Positions 7,404-17,708 are shown, numbered from the stretch's first letter. The stretch is DNA of 64,000 bases from Patescibacteria group bacterium (GCA_036726225.1 DAIMCS010000003.1:9769-73768), one strand, 5' to 3'. The notes: generated by a model from the letters alone, not told the origin. Numbers and translations are program-made.

Positions 7404-7759
7404 CGTCGCTTTTTTGGGCGGGCAGAGCCCGTCCCTAAAGCGACTTTGGCCAATTGCTTCGTTATTTTGCTGTGGTTTTTTGTCGACGTAGGTTGACTAC
7501 GTCTCCAAAAATCCTCGCAAAATGCCTCGCACTTGGCTCAATGCGTAAGCCGTGCATAAATTGTTTCGACCTTTAAACTAAAATAGGACTCGCGCGTTTG
7601 AAACCTAAGGGTAAGGCTGAAAAGTCAAAATCCTTAAGACTCAAACCTCTGGCGAGGTTTTGGCGCGCAAGTCCTATCATTTAATTTAACGACGGTCGGG
7701 CTATTTTATTTCAATTTTTTTCTACCTTAACAAAACGCTTTTTTGGGCGGTTATTAATT
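7404..7759. other. GC-elevated noncoding region with nested hairpins and a 15-bp direct repeat (CGCTTTTTTGGGCGG at 7409 and 7736). Possible small RNA or insertion scar.
   Basis: No credible ORF. There is a structured module at 7596..7674: GGACTCGCGCG ... CGCGCAAGTCC with three inner hairpins. Confidence 0.3.
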
Positions 7760-7819
7760 TGGTTGACTATTTTCAGCTCTTGTCATAGGATTTATACAAA
7801 TTTAAAATCGGGGGGAAGG

Positions 7820-8563
7820 ATGAAAAAAACGATGTTAGTGTATGCGGCGGTGTTTGTCTTGTTAAGCGTGTGGGTTAAAACTTCTGCGCAGTTTACAGAA
7901 AATCCCAACCAGGCCCAAGCGCAAGCCGAAGAACGTTTGCGTTTATCCCAACAGTTTTTTGCCCGGGCTTCTAAAGCATTGGCCAAAGTCAGCGGTATTG
8001 AAATAGCCACTACGGTCAGGAAATTTTGGGAGGAGCGGTTTATAGCCAGTGCGTTTAACAGGGCTCCTGACGGCGCTCTTTTGTTTACGACCAGCACCTA
8101 TAGCCGGGAAGTACGACCGGAGCTGATGGTCTTGGTGGTTGCCACGCAGCCGGGCGACAGGTTCTTGCCAGAGGACTTGAGGGACCCGGAAAACCCATTG
8201 GTGCTCGCAAAATACGGTGTTTCGGAAAATCGGCGTGTGCTTTTATGGTATAACCATCCGGTTAGTGAGAAGTGGTTGGCAGCGACCTTGGTAGAGCTTT
8301 TAGCGATTCCATCACTCGGCGCCACTCCCACTCTTGAAATTAGAGACGCTGTTTCCATAAAGGCAAAAGCTGAAGTTATAGGGAGGCTAACTAACGGCGG
8401 GTTCTGGTTTGCCTGGGTAGAGAACAGGCTGCAAAAGGACCGGGATCTGGCCATTGCAGGATTGGACAGGGTCTTTGGCGAAAGCTGGAGCCTGGCCGAA
8501 GAGGCGGACCGTCGGCGAACTTTTGCCCACATACTCAAACATCCCGAATACTTCGAACAGTAA
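7820..8563 (+). CDS. secreted hypothetical protein with a signal peptide, GC-elevated
   Basis: GGGGGGAAGG ribosome-binding site, then MKKTMLVYAAVFVLLSVWVKTSAQ. About 50% GC against a roughly 40% background. The track's TTG at 7763 is rejected as the start. Confidence 0.55.
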   Translation: MKKTMLVYAAVFVLLSVWVKTSAQFTENPNQAQAQAEERLRLSQQFFARASKALAKVSGIEIATTVRKFWEERFIASAFNRAPDGALLFTTSTYSREVRPELMVLVVATQPGDRFLPEDLRDPENPLVLAKYGVSENRRVLLWYNHPVSEKWLAATLVELLAIPSLGATPTLEIRDAVSIKAKAEVIGRLTNGGFWFAWVENRLQKDRDLAIAGLDRVFGESWSLAEEADRRRTFAHILKHPEYFEQ

Positions 8564-8654
8564 GGCTCAAGCTTATGAGAGCTTGGAAGGGCCGCCCCTT
8601 TTGTGGACGGCCTTTTTGTTTTAAAAAAGCAATTTTTTTGCTAAAATCATTATT

Positions 8655-10175
8655 ATGACGACAAAAAAAGCGCCATTTGTTTTAATTGTGCTGGATGGGT
8701 GGGGATACAGGGAAGGCAAGGACCACAATGCCATTGCCGAAGCCAACACGCCGGTTTACGATCATTTGCTTAAAACATATCCGCATACTTTTCTGCACGC
8801 CAGCCAGGAGCACGTGGGCTTGCCGCAGGGTACCATTGGCAACAGCGAAATTGGGCACATGACTATGGGCGCGGGTAAAGTTATGGATACAGATTTAGTT
8901 AGGGTTTCCAAAGCAATGGAAAACCACGATTTTTATACAAACCAAGCGTTTGTAAATTTGTTTGATCACGTAAAAAAGTTTAATTCAACTTTGCATATTA
9001 TGGGGTTAGTCAGCCCGCGCGGGGTGCATAGCCACCAGGAGCATTTGCACGGATTTTTAGAGGCGGCCAAAAAAGTCGGGCTTGAAAAAGTGGTAATTCA
9101 TGCTTTTACTGACGGCCGCGATGCCCCGCCCCAGAGCGCCGCTGAATATTTGTCAGAGCTGGAAAAAGTTATCTCAGATTTAGGCATCGGCTACATTGCT
9201 ACGGCAACAGGCAGATACTATTCCATGGACCGTGACAATAACTGGGACAGGACAAAAAAAGCCGAGGACGCAATATTCCGCGCCAAGGGGAAGGCTGTAC
9301 GAGGCCAAAAACCGTCTGAAACAATGAAAGAACTTTACAAAGAGGGGATTATGGACGAACTTTTAGAGCCTGTAATTTTTTTGGATGACAGCGGCAAAGC
9401 TTACAAAATAGAGGACAACGATGGCGTGTTTTTCTTTAATTTTCGCAATGACCGGACACGGCAGCTATCTCAAAAAATATTGGAAGCATCGAAACATAAA
9501 AATTTGCATTTTGTTACCCTAACCGAATACCACCCCGCCTTTGAAAGCAGCGTGGCTTTCCCGCCAAATAAAATTGAAACCACCCTCGGTTACGAAATTA
9601 GCAGAGCCGGGCTAAACCAGGCGCATATTGCCGAAACTGACAAATACGCGCACGTAACTTATTTTTTTAACGGGGGAAGACAGGAACCCTATGAAAATGA
9701 AATTGATATTTTGGTGGAAAGCCGCAAAGATATAAAAACGCACGACCAGGCGCCGGAAATGAAAGCCGCGGAAATTACACAAAAGGCTTTTGAAATGCTG
9801 GGAAAAGGAGTTGAATTTATTTTAATAAATTATGCCAATGCCGACCTTGTAGGCCATACGGCCAATAAGCCGGCAGTAATTACGGCCGTGGAAACTTTAG
9901 ATACAGAGCTGGAAAAGATTGTGGAAAAAGTTTTATCTTTGGGAGGGAGTTTAATAGTTACCGCTGACCACGGGAATGCGGAAGTTAATTTTGACGAAAA
10001 AGCCGGTGTGCTCCACACCGCCCACACCACAAACTTAGTTCCATTTATTTTAGTCAGAGAGGGGAATTATAAGCTTAAAGAAAGCGGCAGCCTTGCCGAT
10101 GTTGCGCCCACTATTTTGCAGCTTATGAATCTAAACAAACCAAAAGCTATGACCGGCCAAAGCCTTATAAAATGA
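8655..10175 (+). CDS. gpmI: 2,3-bisphosphoglycerate-independent phosphoglycerate mutase
   Basis: 506 aa with the iPGM motifs VLDGWG, GHMTMGAG and ADHGNAE. Confidence 0.9.
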   Translation: MTTKKAPFVLIVLDGWGYREGKDHNAIAEANTPVYDHLLKTYPHTFLHASQEHVGLPQGTIGNSEIGHMTMGAGKVMDTDLVRVSKAMENHDFYTNQAFVNLFDHVKKFNSTLHIMGLVSPRGVHSHQEHLHGFLEAAKKVGLEKVVIHAFTDGRDAPPQSAAEYLSELEKVISDLGIGYIATATGRYYSMDRDNNWDRTKKAEDAIFRAKGKAVRGQKPSETMKELYKEGIMDELLEPVIFLDDSGKAYKIEDNDGVFFFNFRNDRTRQLSQKILEASKHKNLHFVTLTEYHPAFESSVAFPPNKIETTLGYEISRAGLNQAHIAETDKYAHVTYFFNGGRQEPYENEIDILVESRKDIKTHDQAPEMKAAEITQKAFEMLGKGVEFILINYANADLVGHTANKPAVITAVETLDTELEKIVEKVLSLGGSLIVTADHGNAEVNFDEKAGVLHTAHTTNLVPFILVREGNYKLKESGSLADVAPTILQLMNLNKPKAMTGQSLIK

Positions 10176-10240
10176 GCCCGAACCAACCTCTCCCCCGACC
10201 CCTCTCCAAACTTGGAGAGGGGAGGAATGAATTGTAAACT

Positions 10241-11995
10241 ATGCAGACACTGACCAAGCAAACTTTAAAAATTTATTGGCAGCATGCCAGAAAATACAAA
10301 ATCCACGCTTTCGGGATTTTTGTTTTTTTGCTTTTGCACAGTGCGGCGGAAAGCAGCGGGCCGTTTTTGTATAAGCAATTTATTAACCACCTAACCACTT
10401 ACGATTTTTCCCGTTACTCAAAACTTTTAGGCATCCTAGGCTTAATTGTAGGCGCGCGCTTAATCCGCTCCTACGCTTTTAGAGCTAAGGACTACATACA
10501 AAACTATTTTGAAACCCGCATAATGGCGGACTTAAACAACACTTGTTTTAAATATTTGCACCAAAATTCTTACGGATTTTTTTCCGGCAATTTTGTGGGC
10601 AGCCTGGTTAACAAAGTCAAAAAAATGGAACGTGGTTTTGAAACCGTGGCCGACCGCATAATTGACGATTTTTTACGTTCTTTTTTTTCCATCTCTATTG
10701 CCACGATTATGTTGTTTTTCAGCCACTGGCTTTTGGGCCTGGCTTTGCTGCTTTGGTGTATGGTTTATATTGGCACCATCTACTACTTTTCGGTTTTTAG
10801 AATTATGAAGTATAACTTAAAAAAAGCAGAACTCGACACCAGGCTCACTGCCCAACTGGCAGACACCATTACCAATAACGCAAACATAAAACTTTTTAGC
10901 AGCTTTGCCAGGGAGGCGGCGGGTTTTGGCAAAATAAATGAACAGCATTACAGAATGCGCCGCAAGTCGTGGAATTTAATGACTTATTTGGAAGTTTTGC
11001 AAAGCACGTTAATGCTTTTTTTGGAAGGCATTATGATGTATTTCGGCATTAAATACTGGCGCGAAGGGATTTTGACTGTGGGCGATTTTACTTTAATCCA
11101 GCTGTATATTTTTGCTATTTTTGACCGGTTGTGGGTAATGGGCAAGCAGGTTCGGGCGTTTTACGAAGCTTTGGCCGACTCAAATGAAATGACAGAAATT
11201 TTGCTCACCCCCCACGAAGTGGTGGATGTGCCAAATGCAAAAATTTTGCAGGCCGGCCGGGGAAGTATAGAGTTTAAAAAGGTAAGTTTTGGCTACCATT
11301 CCAAAGAGAATATTTTTCAGGATTTTAGTTTAAAAATTTCACCTTCGGAAAGACTGGCTTTAATTGGCCCGTCCGGCGGCGGGAAATCTACAATTGTTAA
11401 ATTATTATTCCGTTTTCACGATATAGATAAAGGTGAAATTTTAATTGACGGCCAGAATATTGCCCGGGTGAGCCAGGATTCCCTGCACAACTCTCTGTCC
11501 TTAGTGCCGCAGGATCCCATACTTTTTCACCGCACCTTAATGGAAAATATCCGTTACTCCAGGCCCGGCGCGTCAGATGAGGAAGTGATGGCCGCAGCCA
11601 AAGCCGCGCACGCCCATGAGTTTATAACCGGCTCCCAGTACGGCTACAATACTTTTGTCGGAGAGCGGGGCATTAAACTTTCTGGCGGCCAAAGGCAACG
11701 CGTGGCCATTGCGCGCGCAATCTTAAAAAATGCGCCCATACTGGTTTTAGATGAAGCCACGTCATCACTCGACAGCGAAAGCGAAAGTTACATTCAGGAC
11801 GCGCTTAAGGTTTTAATGAAAGATAAAACTGTCATTGTCATTGCTCACCGGCTTTCAACTATTATGCAAATGGACAGGATTATTGTTTTAGACAGCGGCA
11901 AAATTGTGGAAGAAGGCAAACATGCAGAGCTCTTAAAGGTACAGCAGGGCACCTACCAGCGCCTGTGGCAAATTCAGGCAGGTGGTTTTGCGTAG
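10241..11995 (+). CDS. ABC transporter with fused permease and ATPase (MsbA/exporter type)
   Basis: Six-TM N-terminal domain. Walker A GPSGGGKST. ABC signature LSGGQRQRVAIARA. Walker B ILVLDEATS. Confidence 0.85.
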   Translation: MQTLTKQTLKIYWQHARKYKIHAFGIFVFLLLHSAAESSGPFLYKQFINHLTTYDFSRYSKLLGILGLIVGARLIRSYAFRAKDYIQNYFETRIMADLNNTCFKYLHQNSYGFFSGNFVGSLVNKVKKMERGFETVADRIIDDFLRSFFSISIATIMLFFSHWLLGLALLLWCMVYIGTIYYFSVFRIMKYNLKKAELDTRLTAQLADTITNNANIKLFSSFAREAAGFGKINEQHYRMRRKSWNLMTYLEVLQSTLMLFLEGIMMYFGIKYWREGILTVGDFTLIQLYIFAIFDRLWVMGKQVRAFYEALADSNEMTEILLTPHEVVDVPNAKILQAGRGSIEFKKVSFGYHSKENIFQDFSLKISPSERLALIGPSGGGKSTIVKLLFRFHDIDKGEILIDGQNIARVSQDSLHNSLSLVPQDPILFHRTLMENIRYSRPGASDEEVMAAAKAAHAHEFITGSQYGYNTFVGERGIKLSGGQRQRVAIARAILKNAPILVLDEATSSLDSESESYIQDALKVLMKDKTVIVIAHRLSTIMQMDRIIVLDSGKIVEEGKHAELLKVQQGTYQRLWQIQAGGFA

Positions 11996-12008
11996 ATTTC
12001 ACACAAAA

Positions 12009-12038
12009 TTGGCAAGTTTTTTAAAAAGTGCTATAATG
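12009..12038 (+). promoter_or_regulatory. sigma70-like promoter: TTGGCA, 18-nt spacer, TGcTATAAT
   Basis: Sequence match upstream of the pilin gene. Confidence 0.45.
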
Positions 12039-12067
12039 TTGAGACTAAAAAGCTTATAGAATAAAAA

Positions 12068-12568
12068 ATGAAACAAAAATTAAATTCCTCCTCTCCAAAA
12101 CCAAACGAGAAGGGGTTCACTTTGTTAGAACTTTTGGTGGTTATTGCAATTATCGGCATTTTGGCCGGGACTATAACCATTGCTGTTACTAATGCCAGGG
12201 TCAAAGCCAGGGACGCTAAAAGAGCGGGGGATATGCGCCAAATGATAACTTCTTTAGAGCAATACAGAATTGCCCATAGTTCTTACCCTACAGGCTCAAC
12301 TTCTATTGGCGCCGGAGCGGCACTGGACGACCCGGGCGCTATGGATTCCGCAGAGGAGCCTTTTATTCCGAACTACATTGGAATGTTCCCCACAGCCCCC
12401 ACACCGGCTGACGGCGGCTGTTCACAGGATCCGGGCGTAGGAGGCAACAACTATTGGTACCAAGCTCCAGACGACGGCATAACTTACACTATTACTTTTT
12501 GTTTAGGGAAGGATACCGGCCAGTGGCCGGCCGGTCCCCGCATTTCCACTCCCGAGGGAGTACAATAG
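12068..12568 (+). CDS. type IV pilin / pseudopilin
   Basis: KGFTLLELLVVIAIIGILA is the class III prepilin leader: cleavage at G|F and Glu at +5. Confidence 0.85.
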   Translation: MKQKLNSSSPKPNEKGFTLLELLVVIAIIGILAGTITIAVTNARVKARDAKRAGDMRQMITSLEQYRIAHSSYPTGSTSIGAGAALDDPGAMDSAEEPFIPNYIGMFPTAPTPADGGCSQDPGVGGNNYWYQAPDDGITYTITFCLGKDTGQWPAGPRISTPEGVQ

Positions 12569-12582
12569 TAAATTTTTAAATT

Positions 12583-13626
12583 ATGGAGACTTTACCCAAA
12601 GTGCCCTTGCCGCCTTTGGCGCATTTTAACGTAAACGATGAAATATTAGACGTCGGTTTAAGCGCACGCAACTATTTTCACAAAGTTTACGCAAAAGAAA
12701 TAAAAATAGGCATTGCAATAAGTATTGTTTTTGAAGCTTTGGGGCTATGGTTAATTGTGGGAAGTTTTATGCGCGGGACTTTGGAAGATCCCCGCGTTAT
12801 TTTTATTTTGTTCCTTCCGGCAGTTGCGTACTTTGGTGCCCTGGCCGTTTTTAAAAAAAAGCTTCGCCACATTTTTTACAGGCAGTTTGCGTCGGCTAAC
12901 GGGTTTTCTTATTTAATGACCGGCTGGTTGGAGGGTTTGTCCGGAGCAATTTTTTCTGTTGGTCACAGCAAGAAGATGGAAGATATAATTGAAGGGAACT
13001 TAAGTGGCGTGCCAATTAGTATTTTTAATTACCAATACACTGTTGGCGGCGGAAAAAGCGCGCATACTTTCCAGCGCACAGTGTGGAAAGTGGATTTTAA
13101 AACTCCCGTTCCCTCCGTAATTCTGCTTGTCGATTCCCATATGTTTGGAGACAACCTTTCCGACAACACCATAAAACTCCCCGGCCGGATTAATTTAGGA
13201 GGGGATTTAGAAAGCCACTTTACATTATTTTGCGAGAAAAAATTTGAAATTGAGGCACTGCAAATTTTTTCTCCGGAATTTTTAAATTTAATTTTTGAAA
13301 ATTATAAACAGTTTAGCCTGGATTTTTCAGACACGAGCCTGTTTATTTACAGCAACAGGATTATTACAACTAAAGTCGAACTTTTAAAATTAAATGAATT
13401 TGCGGACTTGATTGTTGACCGCCTAAGTTTTAAATTGCCCGCTATCTCAAATTCAGTAAAATCTATGAACGAAGCCTTTAAAAAACAACCGCAAGGTTTT
13501 CTTACTTCAGTTTCCGGAACAGCCGCAAAAATTATGGGCAAACCCAATGCCTCGTACTATTTGGTTTTGGGCATAGTTATGTTAGTCTTTTTTGCATTAA
13601 TACTTACTCTTATTTTTATTCGCTGA
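12583..13626 (+). CDS. hypothetical membrane protein (transmembrane segments near the N-terminus and at the C-terminus)
   Basis: 347-aa ORF immediately downstream of the pilin. No known domain. Confidence 0.45.
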   Translation: METLPKVPLPPLAHFNVNDEILDVGLSARNYFHKVYAKEIKIGIAISIVFEALGLWLIVGSFMRGTLEDPRVIFILFLPAVAYFGALAVFKKKLRHIFYRQFASANGFSYLMTGWLEGLSGAIFSVGHSKKMEDIIEGNLSGVPISIFNYQYTVGGGKSAHTFQRTVWKVDFKTPVPSVILLVDSHMFGDNLSDNTIKLPGRINLGGDLESHFTLFCEKKFEIEALQIFSPEFLNLIFENYKQFSLDFSDTSLFIYSNRIITTKVELLKLNEFADLIVDRLSFKLPAISNSVKSMNEAFKKQPQGFLTSVSGTAAKIMGKPNASYYLVLGIVMLVFFALILTLIFIR

Positions 13627-13682
13627 ATTAAATTTTGCGAGTTGGTTTTGACTTTTAGTGAACGATTGTTTACTATTAAATT

Positions 13683-14813
13683 ATGGAGCCACTTGCAAAC
13701 AAAATTAGGCCAAAATCCTTAGAAGATTTTGTCGGGCAGGAACATTTGGTGGGCAAAGGCAAACCTTTGCGTTTGGCTATTGAGCAAAAGCACCTTTTTA
13801 GCTTTATTTTGTGGGGGCCGCCGGGCGTAGGTAAAACTACATTGGCAAGGATTTACGCTAAAGCAGTTGGCGCGGAATATTTTGAATTGTCTGCGGTCTC
13901 GGCCGGCAAGGAAGATATAAAAAAAATCGTTTCTGTCCCAAGCATGCTGGGCCAGCCCAAAATTTTATTTTTGGATGAAATCCACCGCTTTAACAAAGCC
14001 CAGCAGGACTACCTTTTGCCGTCTGTGGAAACCGGAAAATTAACCCTCATTGGCGCTACAACTGAAAATCCATCGTTCGAAGTTATTCCCGCGCTGCTTT
14101 CACGCTGCAGGGTTTTTGTTTTAAACGAATTTTTAGAAAAAGAAATGGACAGCATTATTGACCGCGCGGAAATTAAAATAAATAAGGAAGCAAAGCAGTG
14201 GCTTGTACAAATGGCTAACGGCGATGCCAGACAAGCCATAACCATGATAGAAAACACTTTAAAACTTTACGAGACAATTACCATTGATAATTTAAAAGAC
14301 ACTCTCCAGTCTAAATTTTTGCGTTATGACAAAAAAGGGGATGAGCACTACAATACCATTTCGGCTTTTATCAAGTCCATGCGGGCCAGCCAGCCAAACG
14401 CTGCACTATACTACTTGGCCAGAATGGTGGACGCCGGGGAAGACCCAAAGTTTATTGCCAGAAGAATGGTAATTTTTGCTTCCGAAGACATTGGCTTGGC
14501 CCAGCCAACAGCGCTGGTGGTAGCTAACGCGGTTTTTGCGGCCTGCGAAACTATTGGCTACCCGGAATGCGCAATAAATCTTGCCCACGGCGTGGCTTAC
14601 TTGGCCCAATGCAAAAAAGACCGCTCCTCTTACGACGCTTATTTAGCTGCTATGGAAGATGTCAAAAAACATGGCAACCTGCCAGTGCCGCTTAAAATTA
14701 GAAATGCGCCAACCAAGCTTATGAAAGATTTAGACTACCACAAAGGCTATAAACTTTACGACGAGGACGATTATTTACCGGAAGAATTAAAAGGGAAAAC
14801 ATATTTAACCTAA
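13683..14813 (+). CDS. rarA: replication-associated recombination protein A (AAA+ ATPase)
   Basis: WGPPGVGKTTLARI Walker A, ILFLDEIHRFNK and a RarA/MgsA-type C-terminal domain. Confidence 0.8.
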   Translation: MEPLANKIRPKSLEDFVGQEHLVGKGKPLRLAIEQKHLFSFILWGPPGVGKTTLARIYAKAVGAEYFELSAVSAGKEDIKKIVSVPSMLGQPKILFLDEIHRFNKAQQDYLLPSVETGKLTLIGATTENPSFEVIPALLSRCRVFVLNEFLEKEMDSIIDRAEIKINKEAKQWLVQMANGDARQAITMIENTLKLYETITIDNLKDTLQSKFLRYDKKGDEHYNTISAFIKSMRASQPNAALYYLARMVDAGEDPKFIARRMVIFASEDIGLAQPTALVVANAVFAACETIGYPECAINLAHGVAYLAQCKKDRSSYDAYLAAMEDVKKHGNLPVPLKIRNAPTKLMKDLDYHKGYKLYDEDDYLPEELKGKTYLT

Positions 14814-14843
14814 GCGCAGTTTGTGTTATAATTCACAAATCTG

Positions 14844-14946
14844 ATCCCGTTAGTAGTTTTTTACTTATTTGGCAAACGGCGATCGATAGTTAAAATTATG
14901 GTTGCTTTTAAGGTTTATTATTTACTAACTAACTTCTAACGGGATG
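14844..14946 (+). promoter_or_regulatory. 5'UTR whose 5' end (GATCCCGTTAG) is complementary to the start-codon region (CTAACGGGATG). A TATAAT -10 lies at 14826..14831.
   Basis: 10 of 11 bases are complementary across about 80 nt. The same design occurs upstream of yjbQ at 18156..18258. Confidence 0.5.
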
Positions 14947-15876
14947 AGTTGGTTTTCAATTATTCTTACGGTTTTGGGCTTAGGTTTGTTCGAAACCGTT
15001 TCCTCAATAGACAACGCGGTTATAAACGCAGAAGTTTTAAGCACCATGGGCCAAAGGGCCAGGCGCTGGTTTTTAGTTTGGGGTATGTTGTTTGCAGTGT
15101 TTGCCATTCGCGGCCTTCTGCCCTGGCTTATAGTTTGGCTGGCAGCCCCTTCTTTGGGGCCAATTGGGGCCATTACGGCTTCTTTTTCTTCTGACCCTTC
15201 CGCTTTGGCAGCAGTTGAAAAAGCCGCCCCGCTTTTGCTTATGGCCGGCGGTATGTTTATGATTTTTTTGTTTTTCCACTGGCTGTTTTTAGAGCCCAAG
15301 AATTTTGGGCTTGCCGGGGAAAAGTTTTTTTACAGCCAGGGCGTATGGTTTTATGCCGTAGTTTCCATAATTTTAACAGTTGTAGTCTGGCAGTCCATTC
15401 AAATTAATCCGTTTTTGGCTTTTGCGGCCGTAATCGGCTCCACCACTTTTTTTATTACCCACGGCTTTAAAGAAAACGCAGCGGTTAGGGAAAAGGAATT
15501 GGTGGAGGGCAAAAGCCACCTTTCCGACCTTAGTAAGATTTTTTACCTTGAAGCCATAGACGCCAGCTTTTCAATTGACGGCGTGTTGGGCGCGTTTGCT
15601 TTCACGCTTTCTGTCCCGCTAATTTTGCTCGGCAACAGCTTGGGAGCTATTGTAGTAAGGGAAATGACCATCCGCAACATAGATTCCATAAAAAAATACG
15701 CGTATTTAAAAAATGGCGCGATGTATTCCATTTTATTTTTAGGGAGCATTATGCTCCTTCACGGTTTTGGTTTTCACATTCCCGAATGGTTTTCCCCGGT
15801 TGTAACCTTCGGTGTCATCGCATATTTTTACCTAAAATCCAAAGCTTTAATTAACAAGCAACCAAACAATGCCTAA
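14944..15876 (+). CDS. TerC/DUF475-family integral membrane protein
   Basis: Duplicated ...SIDNAVINAEVL... and ...IDASFSIDGVLGAFAF... motifs within a multi-TM protein. Confidence 0.5.
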   Translation: MSWFSIILTVLGLGLFETVSSIDNAVINAEVLSTMGQRARRWFLVWGMLFAVFAIRGLLPWLIVWLAAPSLGPIGAITASFSSDPSALAAVEKAAPLLLMAGGMFMIFLFFHWLFLEPKNFGLAGEKFFYSQGVWFYAVVSIILTVVVWQSIQINPFLAFAAVIGSTTFFITHGFKENAAVREKELVEGKSHLSDLSKIFYLEAIDASFSIDGVLGAFAFTLSVPLILLGNSLGAIVVREMTIRNIDSIKKYAYLKNGAMYSILFLGSIMLLHGFGFHIPEWFSPVVTFGVIAYFYLKSKALINKQPNNA

Positions 15877-16948
15877 ATTGGAAGTTGTTTTAAGGCACTA
15901 CGACTACCAATTGCCCAAAGAATTAATTGCCCAAGCTCCATTAAAACCGCGCGACAGGGCGCGGCTTTTAATATACAGGCCAACAAACAGCAAAACCAGG
16001 GCCTCTGGCGCTATTAAATTTGATAGATTTTACAATATCGGAAAGTATTTACCCAAAAATTCGGTTTTGGTTTTTAACCAAACCAAAGTTGTGCCGGCCA
16101 GGTTGTGGATGAAAAAACCAAGCGGCGGAAAGGTCCAAATTCTTTATATTGGCCAGGAAGACGGGTTAATTAAGGTCATAGCGGACAGGAAATTATCTAT
16201 AGGATCAATTTTACAGCTAAACCAACATAAGTTTATTGTAAAAAATCAAAAAGAGAACTTTTATTTCCTAAAATTACAATCTAAAATCAGCATCGAGAAA
16301 TTAATGCAAAAATTTGGCCAAACGCCTTTGCCGCCATATATTAAGAATTCTCCGCTTACCGAAAGCCAGAGGCGCAAGGAGTACCAATCAATTTTTGCCA
16401 AAGCCGGATTGTCAGTTGCGGCGCCCACAGCATCGCTGCATTTTACTAAAAAGTTAATCAGCAAACTCAAAAAGCAGGGGATTGAGGTTAAATTTGTAAC
16501 CTTGAACGTAAATTTAGGAACTTTTGCGCCGCTGAAAGAGGAAAATTTGAAAACCGGCACCCTCCATAGCGAAACTTATGAGATTGATAAAAAAACTGCC
16601 TACGATCTGAACCGGTTAAAAAAAGAAAGCAAAACAATCATCGCAGTTGGCACAACGGTGGTAAGAACTTTAGAATCCGCTGCCCGTCCCTTCCATTCCC
16701 GCGAAAGCGGGAATCCAGAATTTGAAATATCAAAGCTATCAGGCGATACCAAGCTCTTCATCAGACCCGGCTATAAATTTAAATTTGTAGACGGCTTAAT
16801 TACCAACTTCCACGTCCCTAAAAGCAGCTTAATGATGCTTGTTGGGGCACTTATTGGCAGAAAAAAATTGTTGGAGCTGTATCAAAAGGCTATAAAAAAT
16901 AAATTCCGCTTCTTTTCGTTTGGCGATGGAATGTTGATTTTAAAATAA
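15869..16948 (+). CDS. queA: S-adenosylmethionine:tRNA ribosyltransferase-isomerase
   Basis: YDYQLPKELIAQAPLKPRDRARLLIY is a QueA N-terminal signature. The gene is 359 aa. Confidence 0.8.
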   Translation: MPKLEVVLRHYDYQLPKELIAQAPLKPRDRARLLIYRPTNSKTRASGAIKFDRFYNIGKYLPKNSVLVFNQTKVVPARLWMKKPSGGKVQILYIGQEDGLIKVIADRKLSIGSILQLNQHKFIVKNQKENFYFLKLQSKISIEKLMQKFGQTPLPPYIKNSPLTESQRRKEYQSIFAKAGLSVAAPTASLHFTKKLISKLKKQGIEVKFVTLNVNLGTFAPLKEENLKTGTLHSETYEIDKKTAYDLNRLKKESKTIIAVGTTVVRTLESAARPFHSRESGNPEFEISKLSGDTKLFIRPGYKFKFVDGLITNFHVPKSSLMMLVGALIGRKKLLELYQKAIKNKFRFFSFGDGMLILK

Positions 16949-16998
16949 AGAAAAGAGGGCCGATTCGCTAGAATCGGCCCTCAAGTGAGTGATGGAGG

Positions 16999-17469
16999 CT
17001 ATTTACGAAAATATATCCGCGAGTGAGTTATAGATTGGTACATTGATACTGCGGAAACATTTATCACAATGGACAATAGGCTATCCGCTATTCCCATCAG
17101 AAATACTGTGTATTGGAAATAAATCAGGATTTCTCCTGATAGCCACCCCCAGTCTGAACTCGGTCCATTTCTGTTCAGTTCACGCGTTGTGAGCCTCATC
17201 AAGAGCAGGAAAAGCAATGATCCAATCATCGAAATCCACGCCATAAGAGGTCTTGGCGTTAGCCCTTGGTTCAAGGATAGGAAAAATTTTCTTAGGCTAA
17301 ACAGGGCGGTTATTAAGATCAACGCTGTTACCGGCAGCCAAGCCCAGCCAAAGGCCTCTTTAGCCAGTACGGGATTGAGGTCAATGATCCGAAAAAATGT
17401 TGGATCAAAGTACCCAATACCGAGCGGCACGAAAGGTACCAACAGTAGCAGCCATACTCGTTTTGTCAT
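16999..17469 (-). CDS. hypothetical multi-TM membrane protein
   Basis: GGAGGA ribosome-binding site 4 nt upstream of the ATG at 17469. MTKRVWLLLLVPF... Confidence 0.5.
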   Translation of the reverse strand: MTKRVWLLLLVPFVPLGIGYFDPTFFRIIDLNPVLAKEAFGWAWLPVTALILITALFSLRKFFLSLNQGLTPRPLMAWISMIGSLLFLLLMRLTTRELNRNGPSSDWGWLSGEILIYFQYTVFLMGIADSLLSIVINVSAVSMYQSITHSRIYFRK

Positions 17470-17680
17470 CTGTCCTCCAAAGTTTGAGCTTTGGTTTATT
17501 ATGTCACATAAGATTTTTACTATCAAAAGCTCTTTTGTGGCTGTGGATATGTAATATTTTTTTATGCTTTAAAATCTTAATTAATTTGAGTATTTTGCTT
17601 AAATTTGTTTTAAATAAGCCATTTATTTTTTATCAATCAAAATTTACCCGCCCTTTAGTGTTGACAGGCGTAAAAACCCC

Positions 17681-17708
17681 TTGATTTTACTGGTATTTTT
17701 GCTAAAAT
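17681..17708 (+). promoter_or_regulatory. promoter: TTGATT, 16-nt spacer, TGcTAAAAT
   Basis: Sequence match upstream of hup. Confidence 0.4.

Noticed and set aside
7763-7819. TTG-initiated N-terminal extension of the secreted protein gene
   Set aside because: The downstream ATG at 7820 has a strong GGGGGGAAGG ribosome-binding site and begins a textbook signal peptide.
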